Below, in pieces: positions 19,013-29,346 of a stretch of 64,000 nucleotides of DNA (positions are counted from its first letter, which is position 1; each line of letters opens with the position of its first letter). This stretch comes from an uncultured Chloroflexia bacterium. GTDB lineage: Bacteria > Chloroflexota > UBA6077 > CF-72. Where the stretch lies: the NCBI GenBank assembly GCA_963776625.1, contig CAVZNP010000014.1, forward strand, positions 123,280 through 187,279. The letters are read 5' to 3'. The notes below the pieces were generated by a model. That model saw only the letters and a program-made list of their open reading frames with translations, ran no database searches and was not told the DNA's origin. The position numbers and the translations under genes are program-made.

Positions 19013-20257
19013 CTAGTCGGTGAGCGCCGCATAAATCGTGCTGCGCAGCTCGCGACGGATCGGGTACGTCGACGACGGCCGTAGCTGCGTCAGAAACAGC
19101 ATCACCAGCTCTTCCGCGGGATTGACGAAGAACGCGGTGGACGCCGCGCCGCCCCAGTAATACTCACCCGGTGTTCCGGTGATCTGCGCCACGGCCGGGT
19201 CCAGGAGCATCGCAAACCCGAGCCCGAAACCGATTCCTTCGCGTGAAGTCTCGCCGGCGAGCTGGCCAACCGTGGCGAGGTCCTTGCCAGCGGGCAGATG
19301 ATTGAGGGTCATCAACTTCAGGGTGCGAGGCCCGAGAATGCGCACGCCGTTGAGCTCGCCACCATTGAGCAGCATGCTGCAGAAGCGGTAATAGTCGGCC
19401 GCGGTGGAGACGATGCCGCCGGCACCCGAGAAGTAGGTTCGCGCGCGATAGCCACTGAGCTGCGGGTCGTCGACGTTGCGGTACTGCGGAGTGCCGCCAG
19501 GAACCGGCGCGTACAGAGCAGCGAACCGATCGAGTTTGGAGTCGGGCACGCTGAAGGCGGTGTCTTCCATGCCAAGCGGGCCGAGGATCCGTTCCTGCAG
19601 GAACCGGTCGAGCGGCTGGCCGCTGATGATTTCGCACAGCAGGCCGACGAGGTCGGTGGAAATGCCGTAGATCCACTGCGTACCGGGGTCCACCTGTAAC
19701 GGAATCCCGGCCAGCCGTCGCGGCAGGTCCGCGAGGACAAAATCAGAGTCGCCGCCCTTCAGGCCTGCGCGGCGATAGAGCTCGCCGACCGGTGAGCTGG
19801 TGTCGCGCGCGACCAGCCCCGACATGTGCATCAGCAGGTCGCGAATCGACATCTCGCGGGCGGGCTCGCGCACCTGGGGGTTGTCGGCGGTGCCGCCAGC
19901 GAGGACCTTCAGGTTCTTGAACTCGGGGATGAAGCGCGAGACGGGGTCCTCGAGCTGGAAGCGGCCCTCTTCGTAGAGCATCATCAGGCCGACACTGGCG
20001 ATGGGCTTCGTCATCGAGTAGAAGCGAAAGATCGTGTCGAGCTGCAGCGGCTTGTGGCGCTCGACGTCCATGCTGCCGTAGGTTTCGAGGTGCACGATCT
20101 TGCCGCCGCGTGCGACAAGGCTCAGCCCACCCGGCAGGCGCTGATCGTCGATGTAACCCTGCACCAGGTTCGTGACATTGCGGAGCCGCGCCGAAGACAT
20201 GTTCACGTCCTCTGGTTCGGCATCGATGACGAGTTCGCTGCGTGTCGCAATGGCCAT
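19013..20257 (-). CDS. Serine hydrolase, beta-lactamase class C-like family
   Basis: YSMTK (SxxK), LLMHMSG, PG.QWIYG, YYWGGAAST. Confidence 0.9.
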   Translation of the reverse strand: MAIATRSELVIDAEPEDVNMSSARLRNVTNLVQGYIDDQRLPGGLSLVARGGKIVHLETYGSMDVERHKPLQLDTIFRFYSMTKPIASVGLMMLYEEGRFQLEDPVSRFIPEFKNLKVLAGGTADNPQVREPAREMSIRDLLMHMSGLVARDTSSPVGELYRRAGLKGGDSDFVLADLPRRLAGIPLQVDPGTQWIYGISTDLVGLLCEIISGQPLDRFLQERILGPLGMEDTAFSVPDSKLDRFAALYAPVPGGTPQYRNVDDPQLSGYRARTYFSGAGGIVSTAADYYRFCSMLLNGGELNGVRILGPRTLKLMTLNHLPAGKDLATVGQLAGETSREGIGFGLGFAMLLDPAVAQITGTPGEYYWGGAASTAFFVNPAEELVMLFLTQLRPSSTYPIRRELRSTIYAALTD

Positions 20258-20331
20258 GGCTGGCATTGTGCCACCCGCGGGAAGCTGGATGGCCTGAAGG
20301 CAACCCGCGCGTGAGGTTATGCTCGAATCGG

Positions 20332-21681
20332 ATGAGCAGCGTGGCGATCTACGATGCCGCGCCACGGGGGGGCGTGCTTGGCCTCCTGCCCGAGCTGAGT
20401 CGCGACGCCCTCGGCCTGCTCACCCGCTGCACGCGCGACTACGGCGACCTCGTCCACATCCGCCTGGGCCTCACGCCGACCGTCGTCGTCGGCCACCCTG
20501 ATCTGGTCGAAGAAGTGCTGGTCACGCGCAACCATGACTACCGCAAGAGCTTTTCGACCCGGCGCCTGGACACGCTGCTCGGCAACGGCTTGCTGCTGAG
20601 CGAAGGCGACTTCTGGCTGCGGCAGCGGCGCCTGATGCAGCCGGCCTTTCACCGTGAGCGCGTGGCCCAGATGGGCGAAACGATGGTCCGCTCGACACAC
20701 GAGGTCATCGACGGCTGGCGCGACGGCGAAGTCCGCGCCATCAACGAGGAGATGATCGAAATTACGCTGCGCATCGTGGCCCGGACCCTGTTCGGCAGCG
20801 AAGTTGGCGAAGACCTGGCGCGCATTCGTCGCTCGAGTCCCGCGCTGAACGACCACTTCCGCTCGCGGCTGTACAGCTTGCTGATTCTGTTGCCCGACAG
20901 CGTGCCGACGCCGGGCAACGTTCGCTATCGCGCCGCGCGGCGCGATCTGGAGCAGCTCGTGTATCGCATCGTCGCCGAGCGGCGCGCCAGTGGCGACCCG
21001 GGTGACGATCTGCTCGGCATGCTCCTCGCCGCGCGTGACGAAACGGGTCATGGCATGGACGACCACCAGCTCAGGGACGAGGTCATGACCTTGCTGCTGG
21101 CCGGCCACGATACAACCGCCCTGGCGCTAACCTGGGCCTGGGTGCTGCTGGCCCACCATCCGGCGGTGGCGTGCCGCCTGCGGACCGAGATCGACACCCT
21201 CCTTCAGCAGCGCCCGCCATCGGCGGCCGACGTCCCGCGCTTGACCTGCACCAGCACCGTTATTGCCGAGACGCTGCGACTGTACCCGACGGCCTGGGCC
21301 ATCGGTCGCGAGAGTTTGCGCGACACCCAGATCGGCGGGCAGCGCGTGGCCAGGGGCACCACGGTCCTGATTGTGCCCTGGGCTATTCATCGCGACCCGC
21401 GCTTCTACGCCGCGCCAGAGGAATTTCGTCCCGAACGCTGGGACGACGGACTGGCCGAGCGTTTGCCACGCTACGCGTACCTGCCGTTTGGCGGCGGCCA
21501 GCGCGTGTGCATCGGCAGTAGCTTCGCGCAGCTCGAAGCCGTGTTGGTGCTCGCCAGCGTCGCGCAGCGCTTCGAGCTGGAGCTAGCCGATCCGTCGCAA
21601 CCGGTGCAGCCCTGGCCTGTCGTCACGCTGCGCACGCGCGAAGACGTCCCGATGCGCATCCGATGCCGCCCGCGTGAGTAA
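20332..21681 (+). CDS. Cytochrome P450
   Basis: AGHDTT, ETLRLYP, FRPERW, PFGGGQRVCIG heme motif. Confidence 0.95.
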   Translation: MSSVAIYDAAPRGGVLGLLPELSRDALGLLTRCTRDYGDLVHIRLGLTPTVVVGHPDLVEEVLVTRNHDYRKSFSTRRLDTLLGNGLLLSEGDFWLRQRRLMQPAFHRERVAQMGETMVRSTHEVIDGWRDGEVRAINEEMIEITLRIVARTLFGSEVGEDLARIRRSSPALNDHFRSRLYSLLILLPDSVPTPGNVRYRAARRDLEQLVYRIVAERRASGDPGDDLLGMLLAARDETGHGMDDHQLRDEVMTLLLAGHDTTALALTWAWVLLAHHPAVACRLRTEIDTLLQQRPPSAADVPRLTCTSTVIAETLRLYPTAWAIGRESLRDTQIGGQRVARGTTVLIVPWAIHRDPRFYAAPEEFRPERWDDGLAERLPRYAYLPFGGGQRVCIGSSFAQLEAVLVLASVAQRFELELADPSQPVQPWPVVTLRTREDVPMRIRCRPRE

Positions 21682-21692
21682 GATGCGATCCG

Positions 21693-22805
21693 ATGGACGG
21701 TCAGATTGCCGTTTTGCGCCAGAGCCGTGGGCCCTGGGAATTTCAACGCTATCCGCTGCCTGATCCGGAACCCGGTGCGATCCTGGTCCAGATCAGCTAC
21801 GCCAACGTGTGTGGCAGCGATCTGCACATCTGGCGCGGCGAGACGCCCATTCCCGAAGGGGGACGGGCGCTCGGCCACGAGATGGCCGGGCGCGTGATGG
21901 CGCTGGGCGCGGGCGTTTCGACCGATTCGACCGGTCAGCCGCTCCGTGAAGGCGATCGCATCATCTACAACTATTTCTTCCCGTGCGGCCGCTGCCTGGC
22001 GTGTCTGCGCGGCATGCCAGAGTGCTGTCCCAACAAGCGCCGTCCGGGCAACGGGGTGCCAGGACAGCCGCCGTATTTCAACGCCGGGTTCTCGGAGTAC
22101 TACTACCTCTTGCCCGGTCACGTGTGCGTGAAGATCCCGGACGAGATCACAGACTCTGTCGCGGCGCCCATCAACTGTGCACTGGCACAGGTCATCCAGG
22201 GTCTGGACAGCGGTGGCTTCCGGCAGGGTGACAGCCTGGTTGTCCAGGGCGCCGGTGGACTTGGTCTGAACATGATCGCCGCGGCCAGCGACATGGGTGC
22301 CGGGTTGATCATTGCCGTCGATGGCATCCCGGGCAGACTGAAACTCGCCCGCGAGTTCGGCGCCGACCACACCATTGACATTCGCGACTGTCCGACGCCC
22401 GCCGACCGCGTGGCCGCCGTACGCGAGCTGACGAACGGCCAGGGGGTGACGCACGCGGCGGACGTCGCTGGCGTCAAAGGCGTGGTGGCCGAGGGCCTGG
22501 AGATGCTGACCAACGGCGGGACGTATCTGGAGATCGGATCGATCGTGTCCGGATTTGCGTTCCCGTTCGATCCGGATCAGGCGTGTCGGCGTGGGCTGCG
22601 GCTGATTGGCTTCTTGCAGTACGACACGCGGATCCTGCCGCGAGCGCTGGATTTCGTGAAGCGCAGCCGAGGGTATCTGCCGTGGGACCGCATCATTTCG
22701 CACACGTTTCCTCTCGAAAGCATCCAGGAAGCATTTCAGCAAGCTGAATGGGTGGGCCGCGATCCCGCGGAGGCGTTGATCACGCGTGCCGCGGTGACAC
22801 CGTAG
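21693..22805 (+). CDS. Zinc-binding (MDR) alcohol dehydrogenase
   Basis: VCGSDLH, GHEMAG, CGRCLAC..C, GAGGLG. Confidence 0.92.
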   Translation: MDGQIAVLRQSRGPWEFQRYPLPDPEPGAILVQISYANVCGSDLHIWRGETPIPEGGRALGHEMAGRVMALGAGVSTDSTGQPLREGDRIIYNYFFPCGRCLACLRGMPECCPNKRRPGNGVPGQPPYFNAGFSEYYYLLPGHVCVKIPDEITDSVAAPINCALAQVIQGLDSGGFRQGDSLVVQGAGGLGLNMIAAASDMGAGLIIAVDGIPGRLKLAREFGADHTIDIRDCPTPADRVAAVRELTNGQGVTHAADVAGVKGVVAEGLEMLTNGGTYLEIGSIVSGFAFPFDPDQACRRGLRLIGFLQYDTRILPRALDFVKRSRGYLPWDRIISHTFPLESIQEAFQQAEWVGRDPAEALITRAAVTP

Positions 22806-22847
22806 CGGCGGGCGGCCGAGGTAGATCCTGTCGACCGGCGTAATGCC

Positions 22848-24353
22848 CTACGCGGCGGTGGCTTTGCGCACCATGCGCCCCGCCAACAGGCCGTACTGAA
22901 ACAGCAGTCGCGTCGGCCCATCCTCCAGATCCGCCGACGTGATCTCTTCGATCCGCTTCAAGCGGTACAGCACCGTGTTGCGATGCACGCCCAGCCGCTC
23001 CGCCGTGCGGCGCGTCATGAACGTCTCGCAATATGCCTCGAGCGTGGCCACCAGCTGACTGTCCTGCCGCAGGTCCTCGACCGCCAGCTTGCCGACTGCC
23101 CGTTCGTACAGCGCCCGCAGCTCCGCGGCGCCATGCTGGCTCAGCAAAAACTTGGCCAGCTGCGCATCCGCGTAGCTCGTCACCTGCCCTGGCCCAAACA
23201 GCCGCTCGCCCACGAGGGCGGCCTCCGCCGCCTGCACCACCGATCGCTGTGAGGTGCTCGCGTCGGTCCCGCGGCGGCTCATCGCGTGCCCGATCGTCAA
23301 TGGACCGAGGTCATTCGTGAGCTCCAAATGCCAACGGTCGACGCTGCTGTTCCACTGGTCCACCGATTCGTAAGGCAACCAGGCGCGCACGTCGTCGTGA
23401 CCAACGTTGACCGCGCCGCGGCTGAGGTCGACCACGCGGCGGATGGCATCCACGAGCGCCTCGAGGCCAACCCCCGGCGCGCGCAGCACCATGGCCGCCA
23501 GGGCGCGGCGTCGGTGCGGAAATGCCAGTGGCACGTCGACACGGTTCGGTGTCGAGGTCTGCGCCATCGCGCGGGCCGCGGCCACCAGGGCAAATCGGTC
23601 GCGTGCGCTGAGCTCGGCCGGCCGAGCGAGCAGGGAGATGGCCGCCTCCAGGCGACCGTTGACCCAGATTGGCGCGACAAGCCTGACCAGGCCGAGGCTC
23701 GGCTGCTCGAGGTACTGCACGTTGGCGACGACTGGGTCGGCTGCTTCCTGCATCCAGCGCCGAGCGGCGAGTTCGCCCTCGCGAATGGCGCGCTGGATCA
23801 GGCCGGGCGGCAGGTCCTGCTGCGCCGCGGGCTGAACGTGCTCGATGGCCGTGTTGGCGCCTTGCAGGAACCCGGTCTTGCCTGTTTTTTCGACCATTCG
23901 CTCCAGCACCATCACCGGTGTCGCTCCCGAGCACGCGAGGTCGAGGACGTCGCGTTCGATGTGCTGCTGCTGGAGTGGCAGAACCGAGGCCAGCAGATCG
24001 AAACTGAGCCTGAGCTCGTGCAGGGCCTGCCCGAGCTCAAGGGTCCCGCGCGTGGAGATGAGAGGGGTAGAGGATGTCTCGGCGGCGCGGATCACGCTCG
24101 CGCCCGGCACGACGTCGGTGAGGACGCCCGCCGCTCCGCTGCCGAGCAGCGCCGCCAGAGCGTGATCGGTGAGTTCGATGTTTGTCGCGAAGCCGCCGTA
24201 GACGATCAGATCGCCCGGGCCGACGGACCCGATGAGGTCCGCCGACGACTCCAACCGCTGGAGTCGTCGAACCTCCCGTCCGAGGCCCGCGGCGCCCGCC
24301 AGTACCACGCTGTCGAGCGGGGCACCGCGCAGGACCTCGTTGAGTGTTGCCAC
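22848..24353 (-). CDS. PucR/CdaR family transcriptional regulator
   Basis: N-terminal VLAGAAGLGREVR; C-terminal LVATLEAY..TAERLGVHRNTVLYRLKRIEE. Confidence 0.88.
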   Translation of the reverse strand: MATLNEVLRGAPLDSVVLAGAAGLGREVRRLQRLESSADLIGSVGPGDLIVYGGFATNIELTDHALAALLGSGAAGVLTDVVPGASVIRAAETSSTPLISTRGTLELGQALHELRLSFDLLASVLPLQQQHIERDVLDLACSGATPVMVLERMVEKTGKTGFLQGANTAIEHVQPAAQQDLPPGLIQRAIREGELAARRWMQEAADPVVANVQYLEQPSLGLVRLVAPIWVNGRLEAAISLLARPAELSARDRFALVAAARAMAQTSTPNRVDVPLAFPHRRRALAAMVLRAPGVGLEALVDAIRRVVDLSRGAVNVGHDDVRAWLPYESVDQWNSSVDRWHLELTNDLGPLTIGHAMSRRGTDASTSQRSVVQAAEAALVGERLFGPGQVTSYADAQLAKFLLSQHGAAELRALYERAVGKLAVEDLRQDSQLVATLEAYCETFMTRRTAERLGVHRNTVLYRLKRIEEITSADLEDGPTRLLFQYGLLAGRMVRKATAA

Positions 24354-24378
24354 CCGGTGTCGTTGCGTCCCGACCCGA

Positions 24379-25917
24379 CTACGAAGCCGCTGCCGCGACG
24401 CCGCTGCCAGGCATGGAGCCCTCGACGCCATTGGTCGGCGCGCCGCTCATCATGGCCTGACCGCGCACGGTAACGAACTCGGGATAGGCTGGCGCACCGT
24501 GCTCGTGTACGTCGAGCCCTTCGAGTTCGCCTTCCTTCGAGACGCGCAGGGTGCCGGTTGCCTTGACGGCGTACATGAGCAGCATCGAGACGGCGAAGAC
24601 CGCAATCGCGACGACCACCGTGCCGTAGAACTGGATCCACAGTTGATCGAATCCACCGCCGTAGAACAGGCCGGTCACGACCGAAGACGTGTCCGCGCCG
24701 GTCGCGGTGGAGGCACCGTACTTGCCCGCGGCGAACAGGCCGAGTGAGATGGTGCCGAACATGCCCGCGGCCATGTGGACTGGCACGGCGCCGATCGGAT
24801 CGTCGATGCGGACGTACTCCAGGATGTCAGTTGCCACCACCATGGCTACGGTGCCGATGATGCCAATGAAGAACGCGCCGATCGGATCGACCCAGTAGCA
24901 CGGGCAGGTGATCGCCACGAGGCCTGCCAGGAAGCCGTTGGTCGTGACGCCGAGGTCCCACTTGCCGCCACGGAAGTACGAGATGAACAGCGCGGCGAGA
25001 CCCGCGGAACACGCGGCCAGCGTGGTGTTGAACGCCACGCGACCGATGCCGCCCGCGTCCAGAGCCGAGAGCGTGCTGCCTGGATTGAAGCCGTACCAGC
25101 CGAACCACAGGATCAGACCACCGACAGCACCGAAGATGATGTTGTGCGGAGGCATCGGCCCACCACCGTCGCGCTTGAAGACACGCCCAAGACGCGGACC
25201 GAGTGCGATGGCGCCAGCCAGGGAGATCGTGCCGCCGATTGTGTGCACAACGGTCGAGCCAGCGAAATCGTGGAAGCTGTTGGCCGCCAGCCAGCCGTCG
25301 GGGCCCCAGGCCCAGTGGCCAATGATTGGATAGATGAAGCCCGTGACACCCACGCTGTAGAGCAGGTCGCCGATGAAGCCGCAGCGGCCAACCATTGCCC
25401 CCGAGGTGATTGTCGAAGCGGTGTCGGCGAAGGCAAACTGGAAGACCCAGAAGGCCAGCAGCGGAACGCCGGTGCTGCCGTACGTATCGGGCAGACCCTG
25501 CAGGAAGAAGCCGTGCGTCCCGATGAAGGGCGTGCCGTCTTCGAACATGAAGGCGAAGCCGATGGCCCAGAAGAGGATGCCGCAGATGCACGTATCGGCA
25601 ATGCCTTCAACCAGGATGTTGACGGACTCGCGTTCGCGGGCGAAGCCGGACTCGAGCATGACGAAGCCAACCTGCATGCCGAAAACCAGGAAGGCGGCGA
25701 CCAGGGTCCACGCCGTGTTGACGGCGTTGATGGTGAGCATTGGATCGACGGCGTCGGCCGTCTGCGCGCTCGCAATGGTCGGCAGGAACCAGGTGATGAC
25801 ACCCACGACGGCGGCGAGGCCGAGGAACTTGCCGGTCATCAACCAGGCGATGTTGCGGCGCATTACGGGGTTCTGCGCGTTGTTGCGCAGGGTGCGCCAC
25901 GTCCCAACTACGTCCAT
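24379..25917 (-). CDS. amtB: Ammonium transporter
   Basis: MQVGF..LESG, FQFAFA, HW.W, DFAGSTVVH, LWFGWYGFN, DDPIGAVPVH, ELEGLD. Confidence 0.95.
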   Translation of the reverse strand: MDVVGTWRTLRNNAQNPVMRRNIAWLMTGKFLGLAAVVGVITWFLPTIASAQTADAVDPMLTINAVNTAWTLVAAFLVFGMQVGFVMLESGFARERESVNILVEGIADTCICGILFWAIGFAFMFEDGTPFIGTHGFFLQGLPDTYGSTGVPLLAFWVFQFAFADTASTITSGAMVGRCGFIGDLLYSVGVTGFIYPIIGHWAWGPDGWLAANSFHDFAGSTVVHTIGGTISLAGAIALGPRLGRVFKRDGGGPMPPHNIIFGAVGGLILWFGWYGFNPGSTLSALDAGGIGRVAFNTTLAACSAGLAALFISYFRGGKWDLGVTTNGFLAGLVAITCPCYWVDPIGAFFIGIIGTVAMVVATDILEYVRIDDPIGAVPVHMAAGMFGTISLGLFAAGKYGASTATGADTSSVVTGLFYGGGFDQLWIQFYGTVVVAIAVFAVSMLLMYAVKATGTLRVSKEGELEGLDVHEHGAPAYPEFVTVRGQAMMSGAPTNGVEGSMPGSGVAAAAS

Positions 25918-26102
25918 GGCGAGGGAGCGTAGGCGACAACAATCGCCCGCGTCGTTGGGCACCTCGCCCAGTTTTCTGAGCCAAGACGCCGACACATCGC
26001 ACAAATCCAGGTTCAGGCGCGGGCGTGTATGTAGGCCACGCACAATCGCCGCGCACCACCGCTCTGTCTTGCGTCAGTACGGCGCGGCGCGAGGGCGAGG
26101 GC

Positions 26103-26351
26103 TCAGGCCGCGCTTGCAGCGCGGCGCGGCGTCGGCCGCGCCGTCTTCAAGAACTGCTCGAGCCCATCTGTGTTGGTGCGTACCTTCGCCGCGCGTGTCG
26201 CCAGGTCCGTCCGTCCCTGGTCGCGGAGCCACGGCTCGAACCAGCCAGCGGCGAGATGCTCGCGCGCCACGGCGCGGTTGGACCTGCACAACCGCAGGAA
26301 GTCGGCCACGTTGTCGGCTTGATCCGTGGAGGTGAAATGGTAAGGGTGCAT
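26103..26351 (-). CDS. Small hypothetical protein
   Basis: MHPYHFTS..EHLAAGWFEPWLRDQGRTDLA; plausible coding bias. Confidence 0.55.
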   Translation of the reverse strand: MHPYHFTSTDQADNVADFLRLCRSNRAVAREHLAAGWFEPWLRDQGRTDLATRAAKVRTNTDGLEQFLKTARPTPRRAASAA

Positions 26352-26398
26352 CGTCCGAGTATCGACATAATCCCCAGGCACTTCAAAGTGCCGTGGGC

Positions 26399-27275
26399 TT
26401 ACGACTTCGTACCGAGACTGGCGATTGCGCGCCGCAGTGAGCGACGTCGCTTCGGCACGTCTGCCCACAGGTCGCCCAGGGCCTCGACCCGCGCGGGCAT
26501 CGTCCGCAGCGAGAACGTGCGGGGTCCAACCTGGCCGCTCTCGACCTCCTCCCAGGTGCAGGGCGCCGAGACCGGCGCGCCAGCGCGTGCCCGCAGCGCG
26601 TACGCGGCGGCGAACGTCGCGCTGTAGCCGTTGCGGCCCACGTCCACGTAGATGCGCCCGCCGCGTTCGGCCTTGCTGAACTCGAGGGTCAGATGCCGCG
26701 GGTCGCGGGCGACCAGCACTTTCCCGACGCCCAGGGCAAAGCTGGCCACCTCCTCAAAGCCCAGTGAGCCATCCAGCGGCACGACGATGTGAAAGCCCTT
26801 CGAGCCCGAGGTCTTCACCCAGCTGGGCAGCCCGAGCTCCGCGAGCACGTCGCGGACCAGCAGCGTCGCACCGCGCAGGGTGTCGAGATCCTCTTCCTCG
26901 GTCGGATCCAGATCGAACACGCACACGTCGGGCTGGTACAGCGTGGGCACGCGCGAAGCCCAGACGTGCGGAGTGATGCAATTCTGGTTGGCCAGCCATT
27001 CGAGCGAGCGGGCGTCGTCGACGACTGGATAGTGGACGACGCCGCCGCGCTTGGGCGCCTCGACTCGCTCGAGCCATTCTGGGAAGCCCTTCGAGACGTC
27101 CTTCTGGAGGAAGCCGCCTGCGCCGATGCCGTTGGGGAAGCGTTCCATGGTGACGGGTCGACCGCGCAGGTGCGTCAGCATCTGGGGCGCGATGGCGGCG
27201 TAGTACGCGGCGACGTCGCCCTTGGTGATCCCGTCGTCCGGAAAGAGGACTTTGTCAGGGTGACTGATCGCGCAT
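26399..27275 (-). CDS. ligD: Stand-alone NHEJ LigD polymerase (primase-like) domain; apparent 1-nt frameshift just after the ATG
   Basis: ISHPDKVLFPDDGITKGD..YY upstream of the ORF, RFPNGI, FLQK, FDLDP, KTSGSKGFH, VSAPCTWEE. Confidence 0.85.
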
Positions 27276-27297
27276 CCCCTACGGTACGCTAGGTATC

Positions 27298-28161
27298 ATG
27301 GCCAGTTCGAGCACGGGAATCAAAGTCGCGCGGCTCTCACACGTCGGCTTGCGCGCGAACGATCTGGGCAAGCAAGCGGAGTTTTACACGGCCCGTTGGG
27401 GACTCGAGCCGATCGACGAAGCCAGCCAGGAGGTCTTCTTGCGCGCCGATGGGCCCGATCATCACGTGCTCACGCTTCACGCTGGGACGGAACCCGCCGG
27501 ACTCGATCATTTCGCCTTCGAGGTTGACTACCCGGACGACCTCGAGCGCGCCGCCGACGTGCTGTCCTCGCTCGGCCACGAGATCGTGACCCCGCCGACG
27601 CAGGACCTCGAGCCTGGCATTGCCAGGGCCATCCGCTTCAAAGATCCCGATGGCAACATCGTCGAGCTCGTGGCGGGGGTGGATCGCGTGCGCGACGCGT
27701 ATGGCGTGCGCGACGTCAAGCCCACGCTGCTGAACCACGTGGTGCTGGGCACGGCGAATCGGCCTGCCCTGGAGCAGTTCTACGGTGGCCTGCTCGGCTT
27801 CAAGCTCTCAGACACGCTGCCGAACTTCATGACCTTCTGGCGCTGCAACGCCAACCATCACTCGATCGCGTTTGCGAGCAATCCCGGCGGGCACGTGGGT
27901 CTGAACCACGCGGCCTTCGAGGTGCGCGACTGGAACGAACTGATGCGCGGGGTGTTCTTCCTGGGCGAGCATGGCGTCAAGCGCATGTGGGGCCCGGGGC
28001 GGCACCTCGCGGGGAACAATCTGTTCTCCTACTACTTCGATCCCGAGGGCAACGTGATGGAGTACACGTGCGAGGTGGAGCAGATCACCAACGACGATTA
28101 CGTGCCGCCCATCCGCCCCATGGTGCCCGACCAGTGGGGGTCGTTCCCACCGGGCCGCTGA
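27298..28161 (+). CDS. VOC family extradiol dioxygenase
   Basis: Two VOC domains; HHSIAF, NHAAFE, WGPGRH, FSYYFDPEGN..E. Confidence 0.88.
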   Translation: MASSSTGIKVARLSHVGLRANDLGKQAEFYTARWGLEPIDEASQEVFLRADGPDHHVLTLHAGTEPAGLDHFAFEVDYPDDLERAADVLSSLGHEIVTPPTQDLEPGIARAIRFKDPDGNIVELVAGVDRVRDAYGVRDVKPTLLNHVVLGTANRPALEQFYGGLLGFKLSDTLPNFMTFWRCNANHHSIAFASNPGGHVGLNHAAFEVRDWNELMRGVFFLGEHGVKRMWGPGRHLAGNNLFSYYFDPEGNVMEYTCEVEQITNDDYVPPIRPMVPDQWGSFPPGR

Positions 28162-28164
28162 GCC

Positions 28165-28204
28165 ACGCCAGGACGCCAGGACGCCAGGACGCTTGGACGC
28201 CCGG
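28165..28204. repeat. 8-bp tandem repeat ACGCCAGG x3 plus 2 variants
   Basis: Read directly between convergent genes. Confidence 0.75.
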
Positions 28205-28230
28205 ACGCGCGCCAGCGCACGTCTGGACGC

Positions 28231-29103
28231 TCAGCCCCTGCTCGCCACCCCATGCCGCGCCACGACGCGCTTGTAGACATTCCGGATATTGCGTTCGTTG
28301 AGCGCCTCGCTCATCGGAAACAGGCGCTGGCCTATGGGGTACGGGTCCACGACGCGCACGACGTCGAGTGGCTCGGCGACCGCCTCATCCTCGCTCAGCC
28401 CCCGTCGCACGTAGCCCTCGACCACGCCAACCCAGTTCTCGATGATCTGCGCTTGCTCAACCAGGTAGCGCTTGTCGCATGGCTCGCCGTGGCCTGGAAC
28501 AATGCTTTCCACATCCAGGGAAGCGATGGCCCGCAATGCGTCGAGCCACTCCCAGGGATCCGCTTCTTGCACGAACGTCTTGCATTTGTAAAAAACGTTG
28601 TCACCCGTGAACACCACGCCGCGCGCGGGCACGTAGACCGAGGTTTGCGGTGGGGTGTGCCCGGGGTGGTGCAGCAGGTGAATGTCCAGCGCGCCGAGCG
28701 TCACGTCCAGCGAACTGGAGAACGTGCGAGTCGGAGGATTCGGCGGATAGTCCGGATGGTTGAAGAGCCACACGCTGTCCGGATCGGCCGCCTTGATCGT
28801 CTCCAGCGTCGAAGCGCCGGTCATCATCGGGATCGCGTCCGTGTAGCGCGCCACCATGCGCTCCTGGCCGATGACCTCCACGCCCGGAAAGTACGCGTTG
28901 CCGCGGATATGGTCTGGGTGCGGCTCGGTGTTGACCAGGTGGCGGAGTGGTCCATGCTCCTGCAAACGCTCGCGCCAGCGCAGCGCGTCGATGGGCTGCT
29001 GCGGAGTGTCGACCATGAAGACGCCGTCACTGGAGCTGATGAAGCCCGGGTTGCAGCCCCAGAAGTAGATCTCGGCGTATACGCCCTCTGCTACGCGTCG
29101 CAT
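28231..29103 (-). CDS. MBL-fold metallohydrolase (cyclase-like)
   Basis: NTEPHPDHIRGN, PGHT, FTGD, VPGHG. Confidence 0.88.
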   Translation of the reverse strand: MRRVAEGVYAEIYFWGCNPGFISSSDGVFMVDTPQQPIDALRWRERLQEHGPLRHLVNTEPHPDHIRGNAYFPGVEVIGQERMVARYTDAIPMMTGASTLETIKAADPDSVWLFNHPDYPPNPPTRTFSSSLDVTLGALDIHLLHHPGHTPPQTSVYVPARGVVFTGDNVFYKCKTFVQEADPWEWLDALRAIASLDVESIVPGHGEPCDKRYLVEQAQIIENWVGVVEGYVRRGLSEDEAVAEPLDVVRVVDPYPIGQRLFPMSEALNERNIRNVYKRVVARHGVASRG

Positions 29104-29346
29104 AGCCGTACGTTACGACACCTTTTTCGGAATTCGTCAGGCCCCACGGCGGTTAAGGGTGGGGATGGATGCGCGAATACGCGACGACGAGTCGCCTAGC
29201 CATATTCACATTCCCCGCCCGAGCCGTCGCAAAAGCGAGGTGCCTGTCCGACCCGAGATGCGCTTGAAGTGCGTGCCGGTGCGGCGTGAAGCGGACCAGG
29301 AGCGCGCCCCCGAGTTATCCTGAAGCCCACAGCTCGGAGGTGAGCC

